Assembly: GCF_006345805.1 (NCBI RefSeq)
Contig: NC_042997.1
Location: forward strand, 150,908,001 to 150,972,000
Source: Octopus sinensis
Lineage: Eukaryota
Reading direction: 5' to 3'
Length of the DNA: 64,000 bases
Shown: positions 25,480-40,548 of the stretch, piece by piece
Layout of the letters: every line of letters begins with the position of its first letter
Position numbering within the stretch: the stretch's first letter is position 1
Translations under genes and position numbers: made by a program
The notes under the pieces: model-generated
What the model was told of the DNA's origin: nothing
Databases searched by the model: none
Seen by the model: the letters and a program-made list of their open reading frames with translations, nothing else

Positions 25480-25905
25480 GGTGCTACTGCCGGACCTCTG
25501 CTTACACTACACGATCCCTCTGAATGAACAACACATGAAATTAATATCTTCACACTATCCATTTGTACTAACAAAATAGGAACTCCTGTCGGAATTTGCA
25601 TTCCATGGACAAGAAGCCTTGTTACTAAGTCTTCATAGCACATTCCTTGGATAATGGAACTTTAACTATAACAACCAATATATATTTTAATTTTATTCTC
25701 ATATTTCCCTTTACACTTCCTCTATCTCAATTTTTCCAAAATAACTTCTTATATTGAACTCTATTATTTCCTTCTATTTAACTATGTCATATCGACTCTG
25801 ATGAAGGGATATCCTTTATTCCCTGAAACAACTGGGATATTACCTTTCTCATTATATATATATTCTAGAATTTTCACACAGACTTAGTTTTATTGTCTCA
25901 TTTTA
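25480..25905 (+). mobile_element. Penelope-like 3' region with degenerate hammerhead
   Basis: ctctgatgaagggata…ttccctgaaacaactg at 25796-25834; upstream sequence resembles the end of a PLE ORF. Confidence 0.55.
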
Positions 25906-25907
25906 TT

Positions 25908-26009
<102 letters not shown>

Positions 26010-26769
26010 CGGGCACCTGTGGACTAACTGAAAACCTGTATCTAGGAGATATATTTGTATGCGTTACTAAAAACTAAGTACATAGCGAAAATAAACTTAA
26101 CGATCTGTTTGTGTCTGCGCAACTATCATCTTTTCTATCAAAATCAATTATTCCCTTGTCTCAGACACGCTCGCTTATACACGTATAATATACACGGGGA
26201 TATATATACGTGTGTCTGTGTGTGTGTGTACATGTGTACTCACATGCACATATATGCATATATTACATCACTCACATACATACAAACACACATGTTCACC
26301 TAGAGTTAAACACTCAGTGGTTTGCATCCGAGATGCATGAACTTCTTTATGAGATTTCTTATACGTACACACATACAAATACACACTCATGCACACGCAC
26401 ACACATACCCACACACATACACACACACACACATCAACAGTGACAAATGTATTCTCTACTGTTCACCTTTCATGGAATATAATTTGTAGGCAGCCATCAC
26501 GTCTACTCATCAGCAAACCTCGTTTAAGCCATCATACTTACGAAAGATTAACTCTACCGTGAGCCTCAAAATAATATTATCGACTGGGATTTTATCCCAG
26601 CTTGGTTTAATTCTGCATTTTGTTTTTTGTCATACGCATACAGCCAGCGTAAACTCAGGTGAAACACCTACGAGTATTCACCGACTTCTTTAAATCATTA
26701 AACTACCTCAATTGTTGAATTTCTGATATATACGATTATCTTTTTCTACTACTATGATTATACAACTGG

Positions 26770-27700
26770 AATAAGGGTTTGAATAATGACAGATAATTAC
26801 CTTTCATCATTCATCAACATTTGTGCCACAATATTCTGATATCTTTCTTCTGATAGCTTTTAACTTTGTTTATCCTTTTTCACACTTCCTCAACTATCTC
26901 TCCCCTCAAACACTCGGGACCCTTCTTCTTTCCTCAGCAGTTTACACTTCCTACTCATACAAAATCCGTCATAAATGCTGAGCAGCCTCAATATACCTTT
27001 CACAGTTTCACATCAGACAAACAAGCTATATAATCTACATTTCTTTTCTAAGCTGCTGTTTTCAGCGCCAGATCGACCACATCTTCCTTTCAGAGTAAAT
27101 TCGCATTGTCACCACACAATTCTTTCCCATCTCAAATCCTACCGTCTCATTGTTTATGTCTTCTGCTCTTAGATACCATTCGTACTACTATTTCATCTAT
27201 CCACGCCCTATTTTACTAACTGTCTTGGGGCTCCACTATATCGCTCTTTTCAGCATCCTCGCCATCTGCCAATTTATTCATGCATTGTACACCTCAGACA
27301 TATACACATACCAAAACCCCAAATTCCACACTCCACTTCACTCTACCATCACCACTTTTGCTTTGGCACATCCTACCTTCTTCTGTTACTACTCAAACCC
27401 ATTTCATTCCAAGGGCTTATCCTGACGCCTGCTATTACCTACGCTTTCAACTATAGACGGCTACGTATATTGTGAGATCTCTATTTTGTGAAATTGTTTC
27501 CTTCTCCTCACAACATCTTCTATCTCCAACCACATTGTCTAAACACATAACATCACTGCTACGTATTATTCCCGACCATTCAAATTTTAAAAGAATTATT
27601 ACTTCCCTGATCACCCTATATTGTAAGGTTGTAACCGCCTCAAACTTCTGATATACAAGTATTCCTACTACTCCTTCCAACCATAACTGATTCCCTCCCA
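26770..27700 (-). mobile_element. Heavily decayed RTE-like LINE
   Basis: Purine-rich minus strand with remnants resembling the RTE RT C-terminal region; many stops. Confidence 0.4.
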
Positions 27701-28231
27701 CTCTATGTCCATGACAAAATCCATGCTCTTCTACACTTCACCTAATCGTTTCGAAGAACATATATTTTTCTGAGCGTTTCCTTAATGTATCCGACGTCAC
27801 CAAACAAGCCTCCTCATCGGAAGATCTCGAGTATAGCCGTTTATTAACGTTTAAGTTCCTCCCGATAATTGACTGATTATTTGATTGCGTATGTCTATAC
27901 ACAAATACATCATTCGAGTTTTGGAAAGTTCTAAGCTTTTTATTTTCTAGAATATTAACATCGAGTAGCTTAGTATCTACGTTAATATTGTATACATTAA
28001 TATATTAAGTCCTATTTCCTAACATACTTTAATCACTTGTTTCCTAAATCTATAAACTTATCACTCTTACAATTCCTGCACGAAAGTAAGATGCCATTAC
28101 GATAAAAGAAAACAGTATATTTTAGAAATTTCTTTCTCAATAAATTCAGCATATAGAGCCCTATAATTCCGTTCACATATTGAGTTTCATACACAAACAC
28201 ACACACACAGAGGCATACATGTATATATATA

Positions 28232-29146
28232 TGACGTCCGATCAAAAAATATTGGTAATTCTGCTATAGTAACGGAGCTAGAGTACGTAGAATGAAGCCG
28301 CTTGATACAGATTAACGTTCATCACCTGTTGCGCATGCACACTATGTTATTATGTTCTCACTCACGTTGTTTATAGTGCTTGGAAGTAAAGTGTGTATAG
28401 TGTGGTGGTCTCACCAAACCACAGCAGTTTCTTCAGTGACCAAGGCCTTTGCCAAATATTTGGAGGTAAATGCACAGCGACATCCTATGCAATGTTACAG
28501 TAAGCGTATGCAGAGGCGTGCGTGAGCCACCGCATACGTATGTACGGGTAATTCAATTGTTTCGAAAATACTCGACACAATGTCGAATGAGAGAAACTAC
28601 ATAAAGACAAGATTGATTATATCCTTCGACTACAAGGGCGTTGAACATCGTGTGTATCCTCACTGTTGTCAGTAAACAAGGTCTACAGTCGTGACGTGAT
28701 GCGGCGTTTGCGGGATGTTTCTCGTCGGAAAAAAGCAGAAGTGTATATGGCCGATGAGTAGCAACTCCACCATAATATTGTACCTGCCATTTCACCGCAG
28801 TTCGTGCAGCTGTTTCTGGCCAAGCAAAACATTTCCCGGGTCCGACAAGGATTATATTTTTCAGATCAAGACGCTTACGGAATATTTTCGTCTTTCCAAA
28901 GACCAGATTCCACTTGCAAGAATCAAGATTTCAAGGCATTGAGGAAATGAAACAGAATTCAAAGAGAAAGCTTCCCGCTTCCCCCAAACAAGGAGTACTA
29001 GGAATGCTTTCTCTCAATGGAAGCGACGCTGGATAAAGTACGTATCTTCAGAATGGGACTACTTCGAAGAAATTAAATGACAAATTGATGTGTGTAGTAT
29101 TTTCTTATTTATATCACTAGTTCTGATAATTTTTGATCAATGGTTG
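28232..29146 (+). mobile_element. Mariner-like element, internally deleted
   Basis: Degenerate TIRs (…gatcaaaaa…) with TA flanks; remnants TVS..VY..VMRRLRD..RRK, QLHHN, FLAKQN, WKRRWDK…DYFE. Confidence 0.75.
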
Positions 29147-29880
29147 TATGTATGAGACATTTAATCACGGGAGAGTACAGCCACTCAAAAGATCCGTTGC
29201 GGCCAGGCTTCCCGCTTCAGTGAATAAAACAATAGAAGAAAATGAACCTCATATCATTTTTATAAAATGATGATATATAAGTCTTTTGCGAAAAGTTTGG
29301 ATTTGACATTGATCATTTACCTCAGTCAATTCTATTTAATTTACAGTTTAATAAATGCGTATGAATGAAACTTTCAGCCATGTTCACTACTTTAGCTCTA
29401 CGCCATCATATTTTACAAGCACCTTAATATATGTATTGAGTTCTATAGCTAAGGTTGTTATAACCAATATTCTATTCATGTGTTTACCGTACACATACAT
29501 AAACACGAACATATTAACGATCTCTGGATGTTTGTACTCATCAATCAAATTTTCTATCGAAATCTGACCCTCGTCACTTTTTTGCCTATATGTCTGAAAA
29601 AGACATTTATCCAGTCTTGAAGATATATAAAAACACATACGCACAAACGTGCACACATACACACACGCGCACACGTACACACACACACAAACACACAGAG
29701 ACATTTAAGGAGGTATACGTGTAAGTACGTACATTATATTTTTTTAATAGCCTACTGTATGTTTAAATATTCACATTAACGTTTCTCTCGCCGTGTATTT
29801 AACTACTATTTCTGATATACATATGTGTATGTATATAAATTCACGTACATACATACAAACATACATAAATACATGCACAA

Positions 29881-29923
<43 letters not shown>

Positions 29924-29924
<1 letters not shown>

Positions 29925-30197
29925 CTATTATATAAAATCCGTTCTGTCTGTGTGTATGTCTTCTAGTATCTCAGTCATCCTCAATCCGATTGCGCTCAAA
30001 TTTGATATGTAGATACCGACGGTATCAAGGCGTGTATAAGTTCTGAAAAAATTACGAAAATCGATTCCAGGTGAGAATGCGATCGATAAAGCCGCGGGAA
30101 CGTGCATTTGTACGCACAACTACGTCAGCTGTTGCGATCGATAATACGCGTACGCGAGAAAAATGCACGTGCAGTTTGCGCGAAAAATGCCGGCTAG
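29924..30197 (+). mobile_element. Non-autonomous Helitron-like element
   Basis: Starts A|TCTATTATATAAAA…gtctgtgtgtatgtc; short palindromes precede a 3' CTAG. The following base is A, not the canonical T. Confidence 0.45.
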
Positions 30198-30964
30198 ATT
30201 GAAATAATGCCACAAAATGCAGTATAATTAAGAGACGAAAAAGTAAGATGCAAAAGAGATATTTTCTTCAAATTTGCCATAAAGGAAGGAAAGACTATTT
30301 GGTTTCTTAAGAAGTCTTTTTTTTTTTGCCTCAACTTCGTTTAACAATACCAAAAATTTATTGAAAAAAAGGCATGATTAATTATTTCTTAATGAAAAGA
30401 AAACACTGATTGCTTTTTATTCAAGGAAGAAAATACTATTTTCTTGCTAATAAATGTTTGTTGTCTTACAGCTTTAAACCAAAAAAAGTGTGTTTTTTAG
30501 TGAAAGAAAACCATTATTGTTCTCCCAGTCAACAGCCTTATCATTACTGGTACTTTAAACTCTTCGGTTGCATATAGGTGTAAATAAAATCGCTTTTCTT
30601 TGGAAAAGAAAAAAAAAGTCTATCTTTATTTCTCCTTTTGCTGGTGTCTCAAATTTAGATTAAATCAGTTTTTCTCAAAGGGGAAGCTTATGGGACGGTC
30701 GGACAAGTTGTTTTGAGAAAAGTTGGTTTAAATGTTTGACAACTCAGATAGATATATATTAATATATATTAATATATATTGCTATACATGTGCGTTTGTA
30801 TATGTACATTGTGATCATTACCCGGAAAGTAAAAGAGCTAAAAACAGATGTTATACTCTAAATTATCATAGTAGTTTAAGTACGCCAGATTCGCAACACT
30901 TCCAGGCGCCCTTAAATATCTTTTTCTACCCTAGGCACAAGGCCCAAACTTTTGGGGAGGAGGT

Positions 30965-31265
30965 AAGTCGATGAGATCGACCCCAGCCCGCAACTGGTAC
31001 TTTATTTATCGACCCCGAAATGATGAAAGGCAAGGTCGAACTCGATGGCATTTGAACTTAGAACGCAAAGACACGCGAAATACCGCTAAGCATTTCGCCC
31101 GGCGTGCTAACGCTTCTTATTTCTTTATTGTCCACAAGGGGCTAAACATAGAGGGGACAAACAAGGACAGGCAAAATGTTTAAGCCGATTAGATCGCCCA
31201 CAGTGCGTAACTGGTATTGGTACTTAATTTCTCGACACCGAAAAGATGACAGGCAAAGATCGAAT
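30965..31265 (-). mobile_element. Two adjacent SINE copies
   Basis: Reverse complement gttagcacgccgggcgaaatgcttagcggtatttcg…ttcaaatgcc…ggggtcgataaataaagtaccagttgcg; partial second copy at 31120-31265. Confidence 0.75.
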
Positions 31266-32194
31266 GGTTTACTCTTTCTGAGATACCAGTCAAAATTATA
31301 GATTTCATAATGTTAATTATATGCCTGTTTCCCATTTTCTGAAATGCAAGAACGATAGCTAGTGGAAAATATATTGAGAAGTAGATTGGTGCAAATTTAT
31401 TATCCTGCCTGACCCCTATGTCCACAACGGTTCCTGCAGAACACATTTGCTATTTGAGAAAGTTTTTCTAGAGACTTGCTGGACTAATGTTTTACAAAAC
31501 TTACACAGGAACCCTAACTTTAACAAAAGTTTCAACATTGCTTTTCTTTTCACTATGACAAACAGTTTCCTTATGTCAATAATCTTGATAGAATGGTAGA
31601 TCTTGCTCTACTTTAAATTTCCCTGCATCTGTCTGACACCAAACCCAATATTCTTGGTGCCAGTACTTAATCTATATGCACACTGGGACATTATATATAC
31701 ATAAACTTTTACACTGTTCTCAATATCGTGAAAGTAAACATAAAGAATGCAGGAATAGAAATAAAAGCAAAATATAGAAAAATAACTGGCGTCATAAAGA
31801 AACGCCTAAACAAGCAAAAATCTGACAAGATCGAGAAGTCATATTAAAATTCAACATCGATTATTTTATTATAAAAAGAAATGTTACCTAAATACAAATA
31901 GACGGTGTGTAATAGATATAGTTTTGTATATATTTAAGTAGATATTAGTTTACTTTATGAATATACAATATATGAAAATTTATAAACAGAAATTTTTTTT
32001 CCCAGTTAAGTAATGAATCACGAAATGTGAGTTATTTAAGTGTACATGCAATATTTTCGTTGCATTATTCTTCGTATATGTTCCAAAATGATTTCAAGTG
32101 AATTTACATTGTGTCATGCGATGTACTTTAAAATGTTTTTTTTTTTTTTATAACAATAGTTTTTAATCAGACAGAATATGCATACACTTCTTAC

Positions 32195-32432
32195 ATGATA
32201 AGGGAGTATTACACCGTAAGGAGCATAGGGCCGGTTCCGTGGTTTCTGCGGCGCTTGTATTCCGCTATGGATGGAACGACGGTCCGTCGTAGAATTACTA
32301 ACTTTTACCGGCTGAGTGGACTTGAGCTAGGTAAAATGAAGTGTCTTGCTAAAGAACACAACACAGAGCCCGGTACAGAAATCGAAACCATTATTTTCCG
32401 ATTATTAGTCCAACACCCTTACTGCTATGTAC
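32195..32432 (-). mobile_element. tRNA-derived SINE related to 23655
   Basis: Reverse complement ggtttcgatttctgtaccgggctctgtgttgtgttctttagcaagacactt…ccactcagc. Confidence 0.7.
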
Positions 32433-33719
32433 TTGTAATTGTAATTTTTAGTATAGCAAACTTCTTCAAAGATAATAAAAGATAATCATATTTGCTCCTT
32501 GCCTCATAACATTTTAGTGCGTGATTGAGTGAAATGTAATTTCTTTACCTCGATGGAAAAAAAATTATATTCCGAAAACAGAAAAATATTCATGCTTTAC
32601 ACAAGATTTTTCTTTTGCTGAAGAAAATATCTCAGAACAACAAGAAAGCAAAATTTGAATGCCAAGAACACAAAATGTTTTTGCGTCTAATGTTTATTTC
32701 TCTGCAGTAATAATCTATACTGAAAATAGTACAAGACAAATAGTTAAAGTACAGATAAGGAAATATTTTTATCTCTTGTCATATTCGATTAGGTATTTTT
32801 AATTATGACTACAATTATATGCTTCCAATTCACTAAAATACCTTTTACATGTGCTTTCAATTCTCAGAGCATATAGAGCGTGTTTTAGTGAAAACTTTCC
32901 CTCTGCTATCTGTACGCCAACTGAAGTGGAAATTCATGTATTCAATTTGCCAAATTGGCAGAATTTCAATTAACATTATGTGCATATTGAAAGTGCTGCT
33001 TTGTTCATTGTTTGTTCATGTTAGAGTTAGTCTAACACTTGATTTTATGTCCCACTGTTATATCACAATTCAGTTATATAATTATACATTGAATTATACA
33101 TATAACATATTTTAACCCCATAACTTTTAAACATGGTTTGTTACTGAAATTCCTCACATTGGTTCCAAGAAAATATATTAAATCGGACAAAAGATGGTAA
33201 TTGTTTAGTATAGTCAAAACGAACGTTTCCTAAATGTTACTGAATGACTGCTTTTTTATTTCCCAGAACAATAAACACTGGTATATCTAACTACACATAC
33301 TACGTTGTGGAGAAAACGAAATTATGGGTTACTACAGATAATATTTTCATCGAATGGTTTATTTTTGATTTACCAAGCTCGTTACCAAAGTAAGGGCTTT
33401 GATTTTAACAGAAAACCTGCAGCACTGATCATCTGTTCGCCATTTCATTTAGCGTGCTTTGATGATCAAACTGGTTTTGTAGAAGGCTACTTCGGAGTGT
33501 CGCTCCACTTTTTCAATTATGTTAATTTGTGTGCCTGAGGGTCAAAGAGGAAAATAAAAGTTTCATGTCCATCGCTTCATTGTTATTTATCTATTGAATC
33601 CGAGGAAATGAGAGGTAAACATGACCTGTAAGTGAATTGACCTGAAGTCGGGAGAATTACCGAAAATGTTTGTACTCCGTCGAATGTTCTATAACATAAA
33701 AATAAACACACACACACAC

Positions 33720-34918
<1,199 letters not shown>

Positions 34919-35289
34919 CATATATACATATATATATTTACACACACACACATATATATATATATTATATATATATATATATATATACGTGTGTGGGTGT
35001 GGGTGTGTGTGTGAGTATATATATATATATATTGGCAAATGGAACAGGTTCAGGACTCTGCTTGTGTTCTTGGGCATCATTTACCATGTGTTTCTTGAGT
35101 TGATGACAAAACCTACTTTACCACGTTCCACAAAACCACAATAGCAGGTAATGTTTCCCTTTAGAAAAGCAGCATATTTCCAGTGTGCCTTCAAGATTTC
35201 ACAAAGTTGGTTCCGATGTTGGAATTGACTTTGCTCAAATCTTTGAACTGTGGAAAAGCAAGTTTGGTGTCAGGCCTCTCGTTCTGACG

Positions 35290-35990
35290 CCTTGTTTTCT
35301 CAGGAAGAAGAGAGAATGTTGTATCACCTCATGTTGTCGTTTAGCTTGTCATAGAAGCGCAAGAGGGAACTTCCAAGAGACCTTCGCGTTGGGAACTGGC
35401 CTTAGAGAATTTGCTTCTGATATTACTTTTACGTGTGAGATGTCCTGACCATCCTACTGGTAATTTGATGGGGATAGCTTCAATACCTGATGTGTTGCAT
35501 TTTGTAGGTACCTCACAGTTATGAATATCGTCAATCAATTTTGTGTTGGAAATAATAAGCTAGCATCGCATATACAAAGCGTCAAGATGGTTCATGTGCT
35601 TTCGGTACACAGTCCAAGATTGAGCACCATAAAGTAATAATGTCAAAACCACCGACTTATGTACATCGACTTCCACCTTCAACGACACGCCATGGCTGTT
35701 TCAAAGCCTGTGATAAAGCTTACCGAATGTGCAAGTAGCCTTTTCGATTCCAGAGTCAATTTCTTTATCCATCTTAGTAACACTGAATATAATGGAAGCA
35801 AGATAAGTGCAAAAGGAAACAGCTTTTAATGATTTCCCACAAACATATACAGTATGGGAAATGGTCACAATTGGGCTGATGGGCATGCTCAGATTTCTTG
35901 ATATTCACGGTCAGACCTACAGCTTTCGGTGCACGTGAGAAGTTGTTTAAAATCCCTTGCACGTTTTCAAGAGTGGTGTGTGCTAGAATT
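35290..35990 (-). mobile_element. RTE-clade LINE fragment, decayed
   Basis: FSRAPKAVGLTVNIKK…FCTYLAS…DKEIDSGIEKATCTFGKL…GVSLKVEVDVHKSVVLTLLLYGAQSWTVYRKH…WSGHLTR. Confidence 0.8.
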
Positions 35991-36481
35991 GCACAATCGT
36001 TAGCGAAGACAAAATCTCGAACTACTTGCGGGAAAGTTTAAATTTTTGCTCTGAACAGCTGTTGGTCGAACAACACCTTTCTCCAACACACACACACAAA
36101 CATACACACACATATAGACATATATAAGGAAAATAAGGCAAGGTAGAAAATGCAAAAGTAATTTTATTAGGAAATACATTTTGTAACTGTTAGTACAGGT
36201 TTCTTTCAATTCGACATTTCCCACTAAGAGTAAAACATATGTGGATGTTACTTAAGAAAAACAATTAATTTGAAGAAAAAACTAAATTGAATTTTTGGAA
36301 ATATTTCTACAGTCTTCAAATAGGGAGGAAATTTTTTCTTTTTTCTGTCTCACTTTACTTTTCCTTTCTTAAGGCTCGGTGGGTAGTAGCAGGTCTGAAA
36401 AAATAGTATCTATGGGTGCAGAGAAATATTTGGTTCTCCAATTTGATGGTTTAAATAACAGCAGTCGAAGAACGAGGTGGC

Positions 36482-36616
36482 GAAGAAGAAGAAGAAGAAG
36501 AAGAAGAAGAAGAAGAAGAAGAAGAAGAAGAAGAAGAAGAAGAAGAAGAAGAAGAAGAAGAAGAAGAAGAAGAAGAAGAAGAAGAAGAAGAAGAAGAAGA
36601 AGAAGAAGAAGAAGAA
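36482..36616. repeat. Uninterrupted (GAA)n tract, about 45 units
   Basis: Directly visible. Confidence 0.97.
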
Positions 36617-37448
36617 TGACCCATAGTAGGGGTTGTCCGTGGAATCTATTTTAATGATCAAGTAACCTAAAAGTGAACCTGTTTTACTTTAGCAATAGTG
36701 GTAGGAACTGCTATAAATAATCTCTTGCGTAGCAACCGTTTTTATATCTATTAGTTTTTAATATTTGCATGGGTATTATTCTATGATCCTTCTAGTAAAA
36801 TCATCTGTGGAGGAAATATTCAAAAGATGTTTATATTTTGGTATAACATATGATTCTTTACTAATGCACTGATTATAGGTTGGTTTGACCCTAAATTTAC
36901 AGAGCTGGAAAACTTCTCAAATTGGATTGTTCGTTTGTGGCACAGATGGCACGTTCTTCACATAATGCTATTTTTCTGTATATATATTTTTTATGTGTCT
37001 GTGAGAGAGAGAGAAAGATAGATTGAGAGAGGAATGTGCCTCTGGGCTTCAATATGCGGGTGGGTCATTACTTTTCTATATTTTAATACATTAACATACC
37101 ATAAGGGCGTGAAATGCTTGTTACTATTCAATGACAAATATGAAAATGCGATGGAAATTTCAAAGGAAGCACACGAAAAATACTTATAACATCGAGACCT
37201 GCATAAAAATTAAATGGCAAAAGTATTTGATAAAGATACAAGACTTCGAACTTTCGAGACGTTAGTTAGCTACAATTCTCGATAAACATTCCAAATTGAA
37301 TACGATCCTTCGTAATACATTAAGTGATTATTTTAAAGTATCATATAAGAAAACGTATTTGGTAAGCTATGTGCAAGAAGTATTGTTCGTCGTCATTACC
37401 TCTACTATTTCCAATGCAAAGTCTATATTATATTTCAAGCTGATGATG

Positions 37449-37490
<42 letters not shown>

Positions 37491-37559
37491 ATATATTATA
37501 TATATATATATATACCTGTATATATATATATGTGTGTTTATATACATATATACCTAAAA

Positions 37560-37597
<38 letters not shown>

Positions 37598-37640
37598 GTA
37601 TATATATATATGTGTGTGTTTATATACATATATACCTAAG

Positions 37641-37720
<80 letters not shown>

Positions 37721-37964
37721 CAGAGTAAACAAAAACATTACTGTGTGTATGTCAGAGTAAACTGAAAACATTAGTACATGTATATTTTTATTCATGTTTA
37801 CGGAAGTAAGAAACTGGCTCACGGTCCGAGAGGTTCGTGCTTTGGCACTTATCAAACTTTTATAAGTACTACACTAAACTGATCTGATAATTGCCAAACC
37901 CACGAAATTCTTGGACCTTGAGTCACCCTGTTACTTCTGCTAAATATTAATATATATTTATGAG

Positions 37965-38006
<42 letters not shown>

Positions 38007-38055
38007 TAATTGGAAATGGATGCGTGGCGTTCAATTAAATAATAAATAGTAAATA

Positions 38056-38091
<36 letters not shown>

Positions 38092-38114
38092 ACATATATA
38101 TATATGCATATACG

Positions 38115-38262
38115 AGTACAGGATGTCACCAACGCTGTCTAAAATATAAAAGACTGGTTAAATACGTAAAAAACAAGGAAAAATGAAAAACATGACAAGT
38201 AAACACAGAAAAACTACCCTTCATCAGTTGTCGGCTGTCAATCTACTCATCGTTTCGAGCAT
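38115..38262 (-). mobile_element. Penelope-type tail fragment
   Basis: Reverse complement gctcgaaacg…ctgatgaaggg…T-rich…tgacatcctgtactc. Confidence 0.45.
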
Positions 38263-39479
38263 ATATATGGGAACGCTTGTGCATGCATGCATATAAATAT
38301 ATGTATGCGTGTCTCTGTGTCTTTGTTATTTGTGAATGCACCTTTATATCTGTGTGTACGTGTGCAATATTTGGAGTCTGTTCTTATGTAAATTTCTATG
38401 TTTGCTTATTTATACATGTATTCTCATTATATAGTTGAATGTCAAAACATGTAAATATATATTTGGTTTCTATGTATGTATGTATATATGTATGTATGCA
38501 TATATGTACATACGCAGGTACGTATGTATGTTTATATATGTATGTCAGTACTTAGTTTGGTTTAAGAATTTTTGGCATACGATAGTATGTTTGCATACAA
38601 TGATGCTATGTGTTATTCAATGAGTTTGAATCTGACTGAAACTTTCGGTGATTTTATATGCTTTCCCGTTGTTTATATTCTATGATATCATTGAACAAAA
38701 ATGTGTATAGACATCTTTATACACCTGAACGATTAAGTATGATTATTCATCGCGGTCTTGTAAAGAAAACACATATTTATTTAAAATTTAATACACTTAT
38801 CTTTGAGCTCAACGTATATTACAGTTGTTATAATATATAATTGTGGATTCAAAAATTAATGTAAAGCATTCACTCTAAAGCACATCTATTGTTACATCTT
38901 TTGAATATATATTTTATCTTTGTGAAAATATGGCTAATCATGTCGTCATATAATCCGTTGTACATATATATAGTAGCGCTTCATTTGCAGTCTATTACAA
39001 TTGAATCTATTTTCACAATCTGTAATTAAAGCCAATGAAAATAGCATATATATTTATTTACTATTAGCTAAATTATTACACTTACTGCCATTAACAATGT
39101 CATCAACTTGTTGCAGGTGGTAGTAATAGTTATAACATTCAATATCAACCGGGAATCGTCGAGGCGCGAGGTTCTAAATGATAGATTGTCGTGCCTGAAA
39201 TTCATGCAAATCTCTCATATTTTATACTACTTCTTAAATAAAGAAAGAAACCTCACTTGATATGATCTTATATACTCTTGAAAAAGGTAGGATGGTCATA
39301 GCTCTCAGTGCTGACCTACGGCTAAATTATAACAAGGAAAACAGCAAGAACAAATTATATCTGTCACGATACTCCTTCACAGAAAAAAAAATTGAAGCAA
39401 TGCCTTAGTTAAAACGAAATGTATTTGTTGGTACGCTTATATACTCCACATAATATGCATTGCTCAATTTGGTGTGTTT

Positions 39480-40548
39480 AGACAGCATTGATCATGTCAG
39501 CATTGATCATGACACGTTATGGAAATGTCTGGAGGAAATGGAAACACCTTTACACCTTGTCCAGCTTATCAAACCGAGAGGCTACAGTACGGACACCATA
39601 TGGTGACACAGTTTGGTTTGAGATTGGAAAAGGCACTCAGCAAGGTTGCATCCTGTCACCAGCAGCCTTCAACATGTACGCTGAAAAGGTCATGAGGAAT
39701 GCAGGCCTGGAGGATAGCAGCATTGGAGTGAGGATTGGAGGAAGAAATATCAATAACCTTCGCTATGCAGATGATACAACCCTGCTGGCGGAGAGTGGTA
39801 AGGATCTGGAAGATCTTGTCCTGCTGGTCAAGAAAGAGAATGAGAAATTTGGGTTGTACCTCAATGTTAAGAAAACGAAGATCATGTCAACAGCAGCCAC
39901 AACAAACATCAGTATCAAGATCGATAATGAAGAGATTGAAGTGGTTGATGATTTCATCTTCCTTGGCTCCAAAATAAATCGAGATGGTGACTTCACTCCA
40001 GAAATAAGCCGGCGGATAGTACTAGGCAGAGAGGCAATGGTCAGTATGAGCAGGGTCTGGAAGAGTAGAGACATCAGACTCGCTACCAAATGCAGATTGG
40101 TGAATGCAATTGTTTTCCCAATAGCAACATATGGATGCGAGACCTGGACACTAAAGAAAGCTGACCAGAAGAGAATTAATGCATTCGAGCTTTGGTGTTG
40201 GAGAAGACATTTCCGGATTCCATGGACAGCGAGGCTCACCAATGGAGAAGTTCTTAATCAGATAAGGCCGAAAATGTCGCTAGAAGCTGGGATCACCAAG
40301 CGTAGATTGGCATATTTCGGTCATTTAATGCGGAGAGAATCCCTGGAGAAGGACATCATGCTCGGAATGGTCAGTGGCAAGAGTGGAAGAGGCCGACCAA
40401 GGACTCGCTGGCTTGACACCATCAGGAGTGATACCGGAATGAACATGGCCAATCTGAAGGAAGCGGCTAAGGATAGAACTGACTGGAGCACACTGATCCA
40501 ACGAATGACCGAGAGTCGACTTCGACTGAGCGGATAGAGAGAGAGAGT
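39480..40548 (+). mobile_element. RTE/BovB-like LINE, 5'-truncated, long open RT C-terminal half
   Basis: ATVRTPYGDTVWFEIGKGTQQGCILSPAAFNMYAE…NINNLRYADDTTLLAES…ELWCWRR…YFGHLMRRESLEKDIMLG…RGRPRTRWLD…SRLRLSG*. The first ~30 aa of the tracked ORF are out of frame. (GA)n tail. Confidence 0.95.

Noticed and set aside
26480-26525. Minus-strand CUGAUGA-GUAG…CUAC-AAA hammerhead-like motif
   Set aside because: G12 is missing and no stem I or III pairing was found; probably chance.
36379-36661. Poly-Arg and poly-Phe ORFs
   Set aside because: Translation of the (GAA)n tract.
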